A stretch of DNA of 64,000 nt from a virus (taxonomy: Duplodnaviria; Caudoviricetes), in IMG/VR virus record IMGVR_UViG_3300028454_001166, positions 1-64,000 of that record, one strand, 5' to 3'. The position numbers were made by a program, and so were the translations under genes. Within the stretch, counting starts at the first letter, position 1, and each line of letters begins with the position of its first letter. Below the pieces are notes generated by a model. The model saw only the letters and a program-made list of their open reading frames with translations, had not been told where the DNA came from and ran no database searches. Shown one piece after another: positions 36,486 through 44,402 of the stretch.

Positions 36486-36687
36486 TTTCATTTCTGGGGA
36501 AGCGTATGTTGAAGACTGTCCTACGGCCATTAAGATTTCCGTTGATTCCGAGGGCGGCATTCGCGCGGACCCGCTTCCCGAAGGGTACGATTGGTGTAAA
36601 AAACATCTTCGGTATGCGATTGGGGTTCTCCGACAAGCGCGTAAAATGGAGGATCCTCCTACCGAACGAACGATAATGTGGTATTGA
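36451..36687 (+). CDS. Putative immunity protein for the portal C-terminal domain
   Basis: 78 aa, overlaps toxin 3' end, GAGGTG RBS, followed by terminator. Confidence 0.65.
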   Translation: MVKVKNITKTPDFISGEAYVEDCPTAIKISVDSEGGIRADPLPEGYDWCKKHLRYAIGVLRQARKMEDPPTERTIMWY

Positions 36688-36706
36688 TATAGCAGATCTG
36701 ACAATG

Positions 36707-36734
36707 AAAAAAGGACGGGGGCCCGTCCTTTTTT
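36707..36734. terminator. Bidirectional terminator
   Basis: AAAAAAGGACGGG-GG-CCCGTCCTTTTTT. Confidence 0.8.
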
Positions 36735-36753
36735 CATGCCTTCGGAGGACATT

Positions 36754-37341
36754 GTGGGAAAAGTCGATGAATATATAAAGCGGAGGAGAATCCGGCTTCT
36801 TTCCCGGAACGGAGAAACACCTTCATTCTCAGATCGAGTAACGGCTTTCAAGGCCCGTCGCGCAGCTCGGCTCGACGTACGGAATAAAGAACTTGAAATG
36901 CTGAAAAATGGGTTGACTTTCTCCAAATATAATGGTAACATTGCAATGGATGAATTCGTGGAAGGCGACCATCCACGGGATGAGAACGGGCAATTCGCTA
37001 AAGCGAATAGCTCCGAGGCTTCAAGCGAGTCGGGAGCTGAAACGGTAAAACCGCAACCCACGACCCCATCTGCAAAAGAGATCCGGTCCCGTTTGATCGG
37101 GCAAAAAACGCAGGACGGGCAAACGGTAAAGTCGGTGAGCGACCACGCAGTACAAAGGGTTCAGGAACGGAAGATCGGTTTTGATACAATCGAGAATTTG
37201 TTCCAATCCGGTAACGTTCGGCCCGGACACACACCGAACACGATTTGCTATGAAACCGATAAGCACAGAGTTGTTTTCGACAAAAACAACGGCAAAATAG
37301 TAACCGTGATGCACCGGGGCAATAGAGGAGGCAAGAAATAA
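36754..37341 (+). CDS. Leader-bearing protein with C-terminal DUF4258/BECR-like putative RNase toxin
   Basis: GGAGG then GTG; two RRxxRL leaders; HPRDENGQF; SDHAVQRVQERKI...VVFDKNNGKIVTV. Confidence 0.7.
   Translation: MGKVDEYIKRRRIRLLSRNGETPSFSDRVTAFKARRAARLDVRNKELEMLKNGLTFSKYNGNIAMDEFVEGDHPRDENGQFAKANSSEASSESGAETVKPQPTTPSAKEIRSRLIGQKTQDGQTVKSVSDHAVQRVQERKIGFDTIENLFQSGNVRPGHTPNTICYETDKHRVVFDKNNGKIVTVMHRGNRGGKK
36913..36941 (+). promoter_or_regulatory. Promoter embedded in CDS ahead of the toxin domain
   Basis: TTGACT-17-TAACAT with TG extension. Confidence 0.65.
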
Positions 37342-37601
37342 TGGACACGAAGGGCTTTCTTGATCTGCTGAATCAAGAACAAAATGATTTCATCCTCGAT
37401 GAGTTTTCCATGACGCAGGATCAGCTCCTCGGCCTTTCCGATGAAGGCCTCGACGAGCTCTACGAAGAGCTGGCAGACATTGAGGTTGAGGAGACGATGA
37501 AAGCCGAAGAAACGGGCGCAGCTCTTTCGGACAGAGGCCGGATTGCTTCTGAGATCGTCACTGTTTGGGGCAACGCCTACGCCGAGATAGACGAGGAGTG
37601 A
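37341..37601 (+). CDS. Acidic putative immunity protein
   Basis: TAATG coupling to a basic toxin; very acidic 86 aa; terminator follows. Confidence 0.7.
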   Translation: MDTKGFLDLLNQEQNDFILDEFSMTQDQLLGLSDEGLDELYEELADIEVEETMKAEETGAALSDRGRIASEIVTVWGNAYAEIDEE

Positions 37602-37621
37602 ACCCGAAAACAAAATACCTG

Positions 37622-37645
37622 AAGGACGGATCCCCGTCCTTTTTT
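37622..37645 (+). terminator. Intrinsic terminator
   Basis: AAGGACGG-ATCC-CCGTCCTT-TTTT, same stem as 36707. Confidence 0.8.
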
Positions 37646-37695
37646 CGTGCCCATGTTTGAGAGCCGCGTAGGGGCTTATATGGAGGCGTTTTAAC

Positions 37696-38652
37696 GTGAA
37701 CGAAAAGATACCCGCCCAACTGAAAAACGCGACTGACAAAGCCCCCACGAAGGTCAGAAGCCGCGTCCGGGCAAAAGGGACGCTCCTGTACCCGGATTCA
37801 TCCGAACGGGAGTACGCTTCGCTGGCTTTGAAGCACGCCCGGATGTACGGCGACCTGTTAAAAGAATACCTGCCGGAGATCGAAACGATTCTCCGTGAAA
37901 CCGCGAGGACGGATTCCAAGGATTACCACGATGATGCGAAAATCCTTGATTTCTCCGAGCGGTTTTCTCGTACCATCCGGAAGATGGAAAAAGAGCTGGC
38001 CGAAAAGCTGGACGATTTCGACACGGAGTACTTCATCAAGAAGGTGGCGAAACGGGCAAACGGGAGCAACACCCGCCAGTGGTTGCAGCTGATAAAGAAA
38101 ACCTACGGGATCGATCTTGACGGTCACTACTACAACAAAGGAACGTGGGCGGATATGATCGACAGATGGGCCGCGGAAAACGTCGGCTATGTGAAGTCAA
38201 TTCCGCAGGATTCTCTGGCTACACTTCGCCAGATCGTCCAGAACGGGTACTACGACGGCTGGGGGGTCATTAAGACCCGGAACGAGATCATGAAGGCTTT
38301 CGGGGTTTCCAAGAAAAAAGCAAAGATGCTGGCCGCGGATCAAATGGGTTCCTTGTGTGCGCAAATAACCCGGAAGAAGCAAACGGACGCCGGGTGCAAA
38401 CGGTATCGATGGAAAGCCCGAAACGACAACCGTGTTCGGGATGCGCACAGGCAGTACAACGGGAAAATCTTCTCATGGGACAACCCGCCGCCCGCGTGGT
38501 ACATGACCAAGACGAAGGGGAAGGTCTTCACCGGGAGGCATTGTCATCCCGGCGAGGATTACTGTTGCCGGTGCATAGCGATACCGATCTTCGATTCGGA
38601 CACGCTTCAACTGCCCGTGAAGAGCGGATACGAGGAGACCGGACAAACGTGA
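37696..38652 (+). CDS. Head morphogenesis protein (MuF / SPP1 gp7 family), short form
   Basis: A.DQMG...YRW...DNRVRDAH...GKIFSWD.PP...HPGEDYCCRC. Confidence 0.92.
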   Translation: MNEKIPAQLKNATDKAPTKVRSRVRAKGTLLYPDSSEREYASLALKHARMYGDLLKEYLPEIETILRETARTDSKDYHDDAKILDFSERFSRTIRKMEKELAEKLDDFDTEYFIKKVAKRANGSNTRQWLQLIKKTYGIDLDGHYYNKGTWADMIDRWAAENVGYVKSIPQDSLATLRQIVQNGYYDGWGVIKTRNEIMKAFGVSKKKAKMLAADQMGSLCAQITRKKQTDAGCKRYRWKARNDNRVRDAHRQYNGKIFSWDNPPPAWYMTKTKGKVFTGRHCHPGEDYCCRCIAIPIFDSDTLQLPVKSGYEETGQT

Positions 38653-38669
38653 GGAAGGGAGCAATTGGA

Positions 38670-39515
38670 ATGAATAAAGTACGCGCTTTCCAAGGGCGTC
38701 GATATAAGCGGCTCCTCGCAAGGATGGATGCCAACACTGACAAAGGAAAATGGATCACAACCGAAAACAATCACAAAGTCCATCTGAACGAGAACGGACA
38801 ACCAGATATGGGCAACCCTCACGTGATCGCTGCGATGGGTGGTAGCGAGTCCTCAGTACAGGTAAGTGATCTCAGTAAGCGGGTTGAGGGACTTAAGAAG
38901 ATGAAAAAGACCGAACGGCAACAGGAGCTTGCGAGTATTCTCGGTGATATGCCGGTGGGTTCTCAGATTACAGTTAAGAACCCGGGGCTTCCTGATCAAG
39001 TCATAACGAAAAAGGACGCGGAAACCTTCGAGCTTAAGACCACGATGTTTGGTGCACCATCCGTTCACGATTCTTCACTCTTCGCATTGTCTCACGGTTT
39101 GTCTAATGATAAGAGCAATGCGTATTCGTTCGAAGGCTCCGGCACAATGCAATCTCAGGCGAAGGCGGAAAGTGGCGTTAATCCCAACGCTAAAACCCCC
39201 TCCAATGTATCATCTTCAAGTTCAAGTGGGGGTGGGTCTACAGTGCCCCCCGATGCAGATGCTCTTGCTAAGACAAAGGCTCAAAAAGCCGCTGAAAAAG
39301 CTAAGACTGCGGCCATGCTCAAAAAAGCACAAGCCGCGGTAGCTAAAAAAGAAAAGATCTCACAGATTGATAAGGAAATCGAGCAGCTGGAACACGAGAT
39401 GTATAAGGCCCAGCATTACGGGAATACCGAGATCGGGGATTGGGATCTGTCCCACGAACTTGAAATGAAAATCCATAATCTTGAGGAGCAGAAAAAGAAG
39501 CTCACAGGGAAGTAA
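38670..39515 (+). CDS. Leader-bearing putative capsid-cargo protein with C-terminal coiled coil
   Basis: MNKVRAFQGRRYKRLLARMD..GKWITT..HLNENGQPDMGNP. Confidence 0.8.
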   Translation: MNKVRAFQGRRYKRLLARMDANTDKGKWITTENNHKVHLNENGQPDMGNPHVIAAMGGSESSVQVSDLSKRVEGLKKMKKTERQQELASILGDMPVGSQITVKNPGLPDQVITKKDAETFELKTTMFGAPSVHDSSLFALSHGLSNDKSNAYSFEGSGTMQSQAKAESGVNPNAKTPSNVSSSSSSGGGSTVPPDADALAKTKAQKAAEKAKTAAMLKKAQAAVAKKEKISQIDKEIEQLEHEMYKAQHYGNTEIGDWDLSHELEMKIHNLEEQKKKLTGK

Positions 39516-39537
39516 AAGTTAAAGCGAGGCATTTTTG

Positions 39538-42500
39538 ATGAATAAAACGGATGCGTACCGTAACCGCCGGTATAAGCGGCTTCTCGCAAGAATGGATGAA
39601 GTGGATGGCCATTTCGACGACGAGGGGCATTGGGTCACAACCCACGAAACGAAACGGCACATACACATAAACGAGAACGGGGTTCCTGATAAGGGCAACC
39701 CCTATATTATTGCCAAGATGACCGGGACGAAACCGAAACTCAGCGGCGAATACCGGAAAAAATCGCTGCAGGAGAGTTTCGGTAAAGGGAATACCGGTAA
39801 GGCAGTGCATTCGTTGAAGAGCCTTCCCGAAGGATCGACGATCAAGATGGCAAACGGAACGGAGTACACAAAGACCGGAAGCGGCTTTGTCAGTTCCAAG
39901 AGTAAAACGGGTGGTAAACAGACCCCGCAAGCTCTGGCGAAAATCCTTGATGGTCATACGAAGGCCGGTAAGAACTTCGAGGTCAATCCTTCCGACATTG
40001 GCGGGGCTGTCGAAGCGGGGAAAAACACGGGAGCCCCGAAGCCCGGACAGGGTGCTGAGTCCGAGGCTCCGAGTGCTTCTACGTCAGAATCGGTGCCGGA
40101 AACCGCATCAGCATCGTCCCCGGAGATCGATGCGCTTAACACGGTAATCGATCAATGGGGCGCGGGCAATCAGGTCCCCGCAGTAACCACATTGCAAGCT
40201 CTCACGGGTTTAGAAGACGGGACGAAAATCTTAGTTGACGGGTTTACCTTTGAAAAGCAGTCTGAAATCAGCGCGCTTGGGGCAGGGAAGGTCACTTCCT
40301 TTAAGAACACGGACACGGGCGAGGTCTTTAGTAAGGGTACGTTTAAGGCAATCCTGAAAAGCTATGCAGAGGAAGGTCAGCACGATATAGAGGTGCAAGC
40401 GCCCGGTCAATCGACGCCCGCCTCGGCTGAGGCCGCACCTGCTCCGGATGAGGTGGCCCCGGTTGAAACGGCTTCGACTTCTCCTGAAGTAACCAAATTC
40501 AACGACATTCTTTCAGGGTGGGCTGGCCACTACAGCGATGGGACACTTACAGAGGACGATATTGCCGCCGCAAATGCTTTGAAGGATGGCACGATTATCT
40601 CCGTTAACGGAAAAGATACCTACAAAAAGGTTACCGAACACTCCATGTACGGCGACTATCCGTGGTTTGAAAACTTAGAAACCGGGAAATGGTCGAATGT
40701 ACCCGCGCTGAAAAAAATCGTGGGCGGGGATGACGTACAGGCTGTACAGGTGAAAGATCCCGCAAATGATACAACAGTTTCTGCGCCAGCTTCTGAACAA
40801 GAGCCTACGCCGACGTCGAGTGCCGAGCCTTCTGCCGAGCAACCGAGTTCTTCTTCCGGTGGTAAGACGATGAAGGACCTGACAGAGTCCTTGAAAAAGT
40901 ATCCCCCGACCATGGAGGGGGCGAATAAGTTCTGGAATGAAGTCAATAGCACCTTCGATAACGCCCCTGACGGAACTGAGATAACCTTTCCTGATGAAGA
41001 CGATGGAAAATGGATCAAGGAAACCCACGGGAGCCTGACGCAATGGGTAAACCTCGCTTCCGGCGATACGATGGATAACAGTGAGATGTCGGCGGCTTTC
41101 TTGGATTCCGACTTTGGCAAGGATCTCGATAACATTTCTGCCGGAATAACCTATAAAGAACCTACCGGCGCGGGGACGCCGGGTTCAAGCTCGAGCGGTT
41201 CAAGTGGTTTAGCCTCGCAGGATTATTCGGGCCAAAAAGAAGCCCTTAGCGATCTGATCAAAAACGTGCCCGATGCGAGCATTGCCGCCTATGAAACGGT
41301 GTTGGATGAATTCCCAGAGGGCACCATCATCAAGGTTGGCGGAAAAACGTATGAAAAAATTCCGTCCGGGGATTGGGGTGATCCAGATACAGGGTTGCCG
41401 CTTGGCGAGTCTTGGGATGTGGGCTACGAGCTGAAGCACTATAACCCTCAACACACCTTAGACATTTCGATACCCGGAGAAAACACCGCCGCGTCTTCCA
41501 CCGGCAATGCGAATACACCTACTACGAGTTCTGACCCGGCGCAGTATTCGGCGTCTCTTTCAGGGGTAAAAAGCGCTGTAGATAAACTGAAACAAGGGAA
41601 ATTCGTCCATCCGGCAGAGTTCAAAAAGGCGTGTAAGTCAATGAAAGACGGCGATGGAATCGTCACGAACGGAAAAACCTATATCAAGGGTACAGATTCG
41701 TCCGGAAATCCGGTGTTCCACCCTTCTGATTCCCCACAGCACACTTACAGTTCTACCGGCATGGTGGACATCATGGCATACCAGATCGGTTTGCAAAAAG
41801 CCGGTCTCTCAAACGGGGTTTCGTTCAAATCCGGATCGGATCAATCCAGCTCAGGAAGTACAGCCGGTGCTTCACCCAGCACGGCAGCTCCCACGGCAAC
41901 ACCGAGCGTGGCCGCAAAAGACACGCAGAAATCAATCAAAAATGCTAAGACCAAAGCCGCCGTCGCTTCGGCTCTGGACGCGCTTCCCGTGGGAACGAAG
42001 ATCCACATGAAGAACCAAGGGGAAACCGTGTTCACAAAAACGGAGCACGGTTTCTCAAAAGAGTCTAAGTTCTGGGGCGGGACCATTCACACCCTTACCG
42101 ATGACGTGGTGAAATATGTTCACGGGAAGAATAAATACGCCGCGCCCTTTGCTATCGAAGATACTTCTGGCGGAACAACCGATTTCTCGGACGGTTCAAG
42201 CTATAAAGCCCCGGCGCATTCGTCTACCGCGTCTTTGCAAAGCCAGTCTTCCTCCTCCGCCTCGTCCGCTTCATCTTCCGCATCAAGCCCGAAACCGAGT
42301 GCTTGGAACGGGCTAAAAGCAAAAGTCCAACATGCCGCCGAAGCGTTCACCCAAGCCCGGAAGAACGCGGCCCATTGGGATAAAGGGGGCGGAATGGCAA
42401 CCGATAAACTGCTGAGACCGGTTACAGGAGCAGTATGGAAAAAACTAACTGAGGGGCAGAAGAAGAGTCTGGTTGCCTATACCGGGAGCGCTTATGCGAG

Positions 42501-43023
42501 CATAAATGACGCATTGAGAAACGGAACCGGTAAACGAGCTGCAGACATAAACAACATGACAACGGCTATCGATCAGTGCGAAGCGCCCACCGATATATGG
42601 CTTCAGAGAGGATGTTCGACATACGCATTGAGTAAGCTGTTCAACACCGATACGATGACCCTTGAAAAAGCGCGTTCAAAAGGATCCCAAGCTATTCTTG
42701 ACCTTTTGTCCACCTCGGCAAACTACGGTCAGGATAAGGGTTTCATGTCATGCGGGTCTTCGAAAGGGAAGGGCTTTTCCTCTAACGATGTGATTTTGAA
42801 CGTGTACTGTCCGAAAGGCACGAAGATGATGTATGCGGAACCGTTCTCCCACTATGGCGCGACAAGTGCCGGAGCTACGTGGAACGGCTCGTCTGGTACA
42901 ACTCATGTTTCAGGCGAACACGAAACAATCCTGCAAAGGGGGACAATGCTCCGTCCCACAAAGGTCACGGTGTCTAACGGTAAGATATACGTGGATGTAG
43001 ACGTAATCGGTCAAAACTACTAA
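39538..43023 (+). CDS. Large leader-bearing protein with 7 internal repeats and a C-terminal VIP2/Alt-like ADP-ribosyltransferase
   Basis: Leader as above; YTGSAYASINDALR, WLQRG, KGFMSCGS, VYCPKGTK, GEHETILQRGT (R-S-ExE). Confidence 0.88.
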   Translation: MNKTDAYRNRRYKRLLARMDEVDGHFDDEGHWVTTHETKRHIHINENGVPDKGNPYIIAKMTGTKPKLSGEYRKKSLQESFGKGNTGKAVHSLKSLPEGSTIKMANGTEYTKTGSGFVSSKSKTGGKQTPQALAKILDGHTKAGKNFEVNPSDIGGAVEAGKNTGAPKPGQGAESEAPSASTSESVPETASASSPEIDALNTVIDQWGAGNQVPAVTTLQALTGLEDGTKILVDGFTFEKQSEISALGAGKVTSFKNTDTGEVFSKGTFKAILKSYAEEGQHDIEVQAPGQSTPASAEAAPAPDEVAPVETASTSPEVTKFNDILSGWAGHYSDGTLTEDDIAAANALKDGTIISVNGKDTYKKVTEHSMYGDYPWFENLETGKWSNVPALKKIVGGDDVQAVQVKDPANDTTVSAPASEQEPTPTSSAEPSAEQPSSSSGGKTMKDLTESLKKYPPTMEGANKFWNEVNSTFDNAPDGTEITFPDEDDGKWIKETHGSLTQWVNLASGDTMDNSEMSAAFLDSDFGKDLDNISAGITYKEPTGAGTPGSSSSGSSGLASQDYSGQKEALSDLIKNVPDASIAAYETVLDEFPEGTIIKVGGKTYEKIPSGDWGDPDTGLPLGESWDVGYELKHYNPQHTLDISIPGENTAASSTGNANTPTTSSDPAQYSASLSGVKSAVDKLKQGKFVHPAEFKKACKSMKDGDGIVTNGKTYIKGTDSSGNPVFHPSDSPQHTYSSTGMVDIMAYQIGLQKAGLSNGVSFKSGSDQSSSGSTAGASPSTAAPTATPSVAAKDTQKSIKNAKTKAAVASALDALPVGTKIHMKNQGETVFTKTEHGFSKESKFWGGTIHTLTDDVVKYVHGKNKYAAPFAIEDTSGGTTDFSDGSSYKAPAHSSTASLQSQSSSSASSASSSASSPKPSAWNGLKAKVQHAAEAFTQARKNAAHWDKGGGMATDKLLRPVTGAVWKKLTEGQKKSLVAYTGSAYASINDALRNGTGKRAADINNMTTAIDQCEAPTDIWLQRGCSTYALSKLFNTDTMTLEKARSKGSQAILDLLSTSANYGQDKGFMSCGSSKGKGFSSNDVILNVYCPKGTKMMYAEPFSHYGATSAGATWNGSSGTTHVSGEHETILQRGTMLRPTKVTVSNGKIYVDVDVIGQNY

Positions 43024-43050
43024 CCTCGAAATTAAACCGGTTATTACTGC

Positions 43051-43079
43051 TTGACTTTTTTCATGCTTTATGGTAATAT
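43051..43079 (+). promoter_or_regulatory. Promoter for the antidote genes
   Basis: TTGACT-17-TAATAT with TG extension. Confidence 0.8.
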
Positions 43080-43110
43080 GGGTTTACCTAATATGAGGGG
43101 GTAACATTTC

Positions 43111-43365
43111 ATGGCGAAAGAAGGAAAGATGAAGCCTCGTGATTGGGATGAGGGATTCGGTGATAACGCTGAACACGGCGCGGAAGAAACGCCTTGCACC
43201 GATTGCGTTTTTCGTCGAATTGTCACAAGCGCAGATGGTAGGGTGATAGATACCGGAAAAGGATCTACCTGCAAGGCCTATCCCGAGCTCAAACCGCTCG
43301 AGGTGATGATGTATGGGGCCGAGTGCCCGAAATATCAGAAGGATAAACACGAAAAGAACCTCTGA
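43111..43365 (+). CDS. Small Cys-rich protein, possible immunity/partner of the ART
   Basis: CTDC...CKAYP.LKP...CPKY; between ART and ARH. Confidence 0.7.
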   Translation: MAKEGKMKPRDWDEGFGDNAEHGAEETPCTDCVFRRIVTSADGRVIDTGKGSTCKAYPELKPLEVMMYGAECPKYQKDKHEKNL

Positions 43366-43410
43366 GGCAAAGAGGATACCGAAAATGAACCCAAACAGGG
43401 AGGCAAACGC

Positions 43411-44331
43411 ATGATAGGAGCCATCATCGGTGACATCGTCGGCTCGGTCTACGAGTTCGACAATCATCGATCAAAGATTTTTCCGCTTTTTGATTCTCGC
43501 TGTGCGCTGACAGACGACAGCATAATGACGCTGGCCATCGCAAGAGCGCTCACGATCTACGGGCAGCAGGGGACGTATGAAAACCTGCAATCTGAGACGA
43601 TCCGGCAGATGCAGAGGGTCGGTCGATGCTACCCCGATTGCGGTTGGGGCGGGCGTTTCGGAAGGTGGATCTTCTCAGACGATCCGAAGCCATACAACAG
43701 CTTCGGGAATGGCGCGGCTATGCGGGTCAGCGCGATTGTCGCCGCGGCTCCAAACCTCGAAACGGCGAAGCTGTGGACGAAGCTGGTAACCGAGATTTCG
43801 CACAACCACCCGGAAGGGATCAAAGGCGCACTTGCGACGGTTGAGCTTGCGTGGATAGCAAAAGAGGCCAGAAAACGCACGAATCCAAAATGCAAAGATC
43901 GCATTTTCAAAGCCGCTTTGAAATACTACCCGGAAAAAGACTTCGCCGGAGATTTCAACCTTGATGCGATCCGCCCCAAATACCGATTCAACGAAACCTG
44001 CCAAGAGACGGTTCCGCAAGCCATCGAAGCGTTCCTTGAATCGAGAGATTTTGAGGACGCTATTCGAAATGCGATCTCAATCGGCGGGGACAGCGACACG
44101 TTAGCCGCAATTACAGGGACTATCGCCGAGGCCTTCTACGGGGTGAAGCAGGAGCATAAAGCAAAAGCGCTCAAATACTTCGACAGCCTCCAATACGGAA
44201 TCTACAGTGAGTTTTCAGCTATGTACAACGATCTGCCCGTATTCGGAGAGCTGTCCGGAGAAATCGCATTCCGAACAACCGAAGACGGATCCATCGGCGG
44301 GATTTCTACGATGGGAGACGTCATTGGGTAA
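43411..44331 (+). CDS. ADP-ribosylglycohydrolase (DraG/ARH family)
   Basis: GAIIGDIVGS.YEF, TDDS, SFGNGAAMR, SHNHPEG, GGDSDTLAAI. Confidence 0.93.
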   Translation: MIGAIIGDIVGSVYEFDNHRSKIFPLFDSRCALTDDSIMTLAIARALTIYGQQGTYENLQSETIRQMQRVGRCYPDCGWGGRFGRWIFSDDPKPYNSFGNGAAMRVSAIVAAAPNLETAKLWTKLVTEISHNHPEGIKGALATVELAWIAKEARKRTNPKCKDRIFKAALKYYPEKDFAGDFNLDAIRPKYRFNETCQETVPQAIEAFLESRDFEDAIRNAISIGGDSDTLAAITGTIAEAFYGVKQEHKAKALKYFDSLQYGIYSEFSAMYNDLPVFGELSGEIAFRTTEDGSIGGISTMGDVIG

Positions 44332-44350
44332 TCCCGCGAACTGAATACCG

Positions 44351-44379
44351 AAGACGCAGAAATGCGTCTTTTCTTATTT
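44351..44379 (+). terminator. Intrinsic terminator
   Basis: AAGACGCA-GAAA-TGCGTCTT-TTCTTATTT. Confidence 0.75.
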
Positions 44380-44402
44380 CCCCGTTGAAAGGAGGGGTCG
44401 GC

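Noticed and set aside
37696-38652. MuF-fused toxin
   Set aside because: This MuF ends shortly after the CRC motif; the toxin domains are on separate ORFs or on the portal
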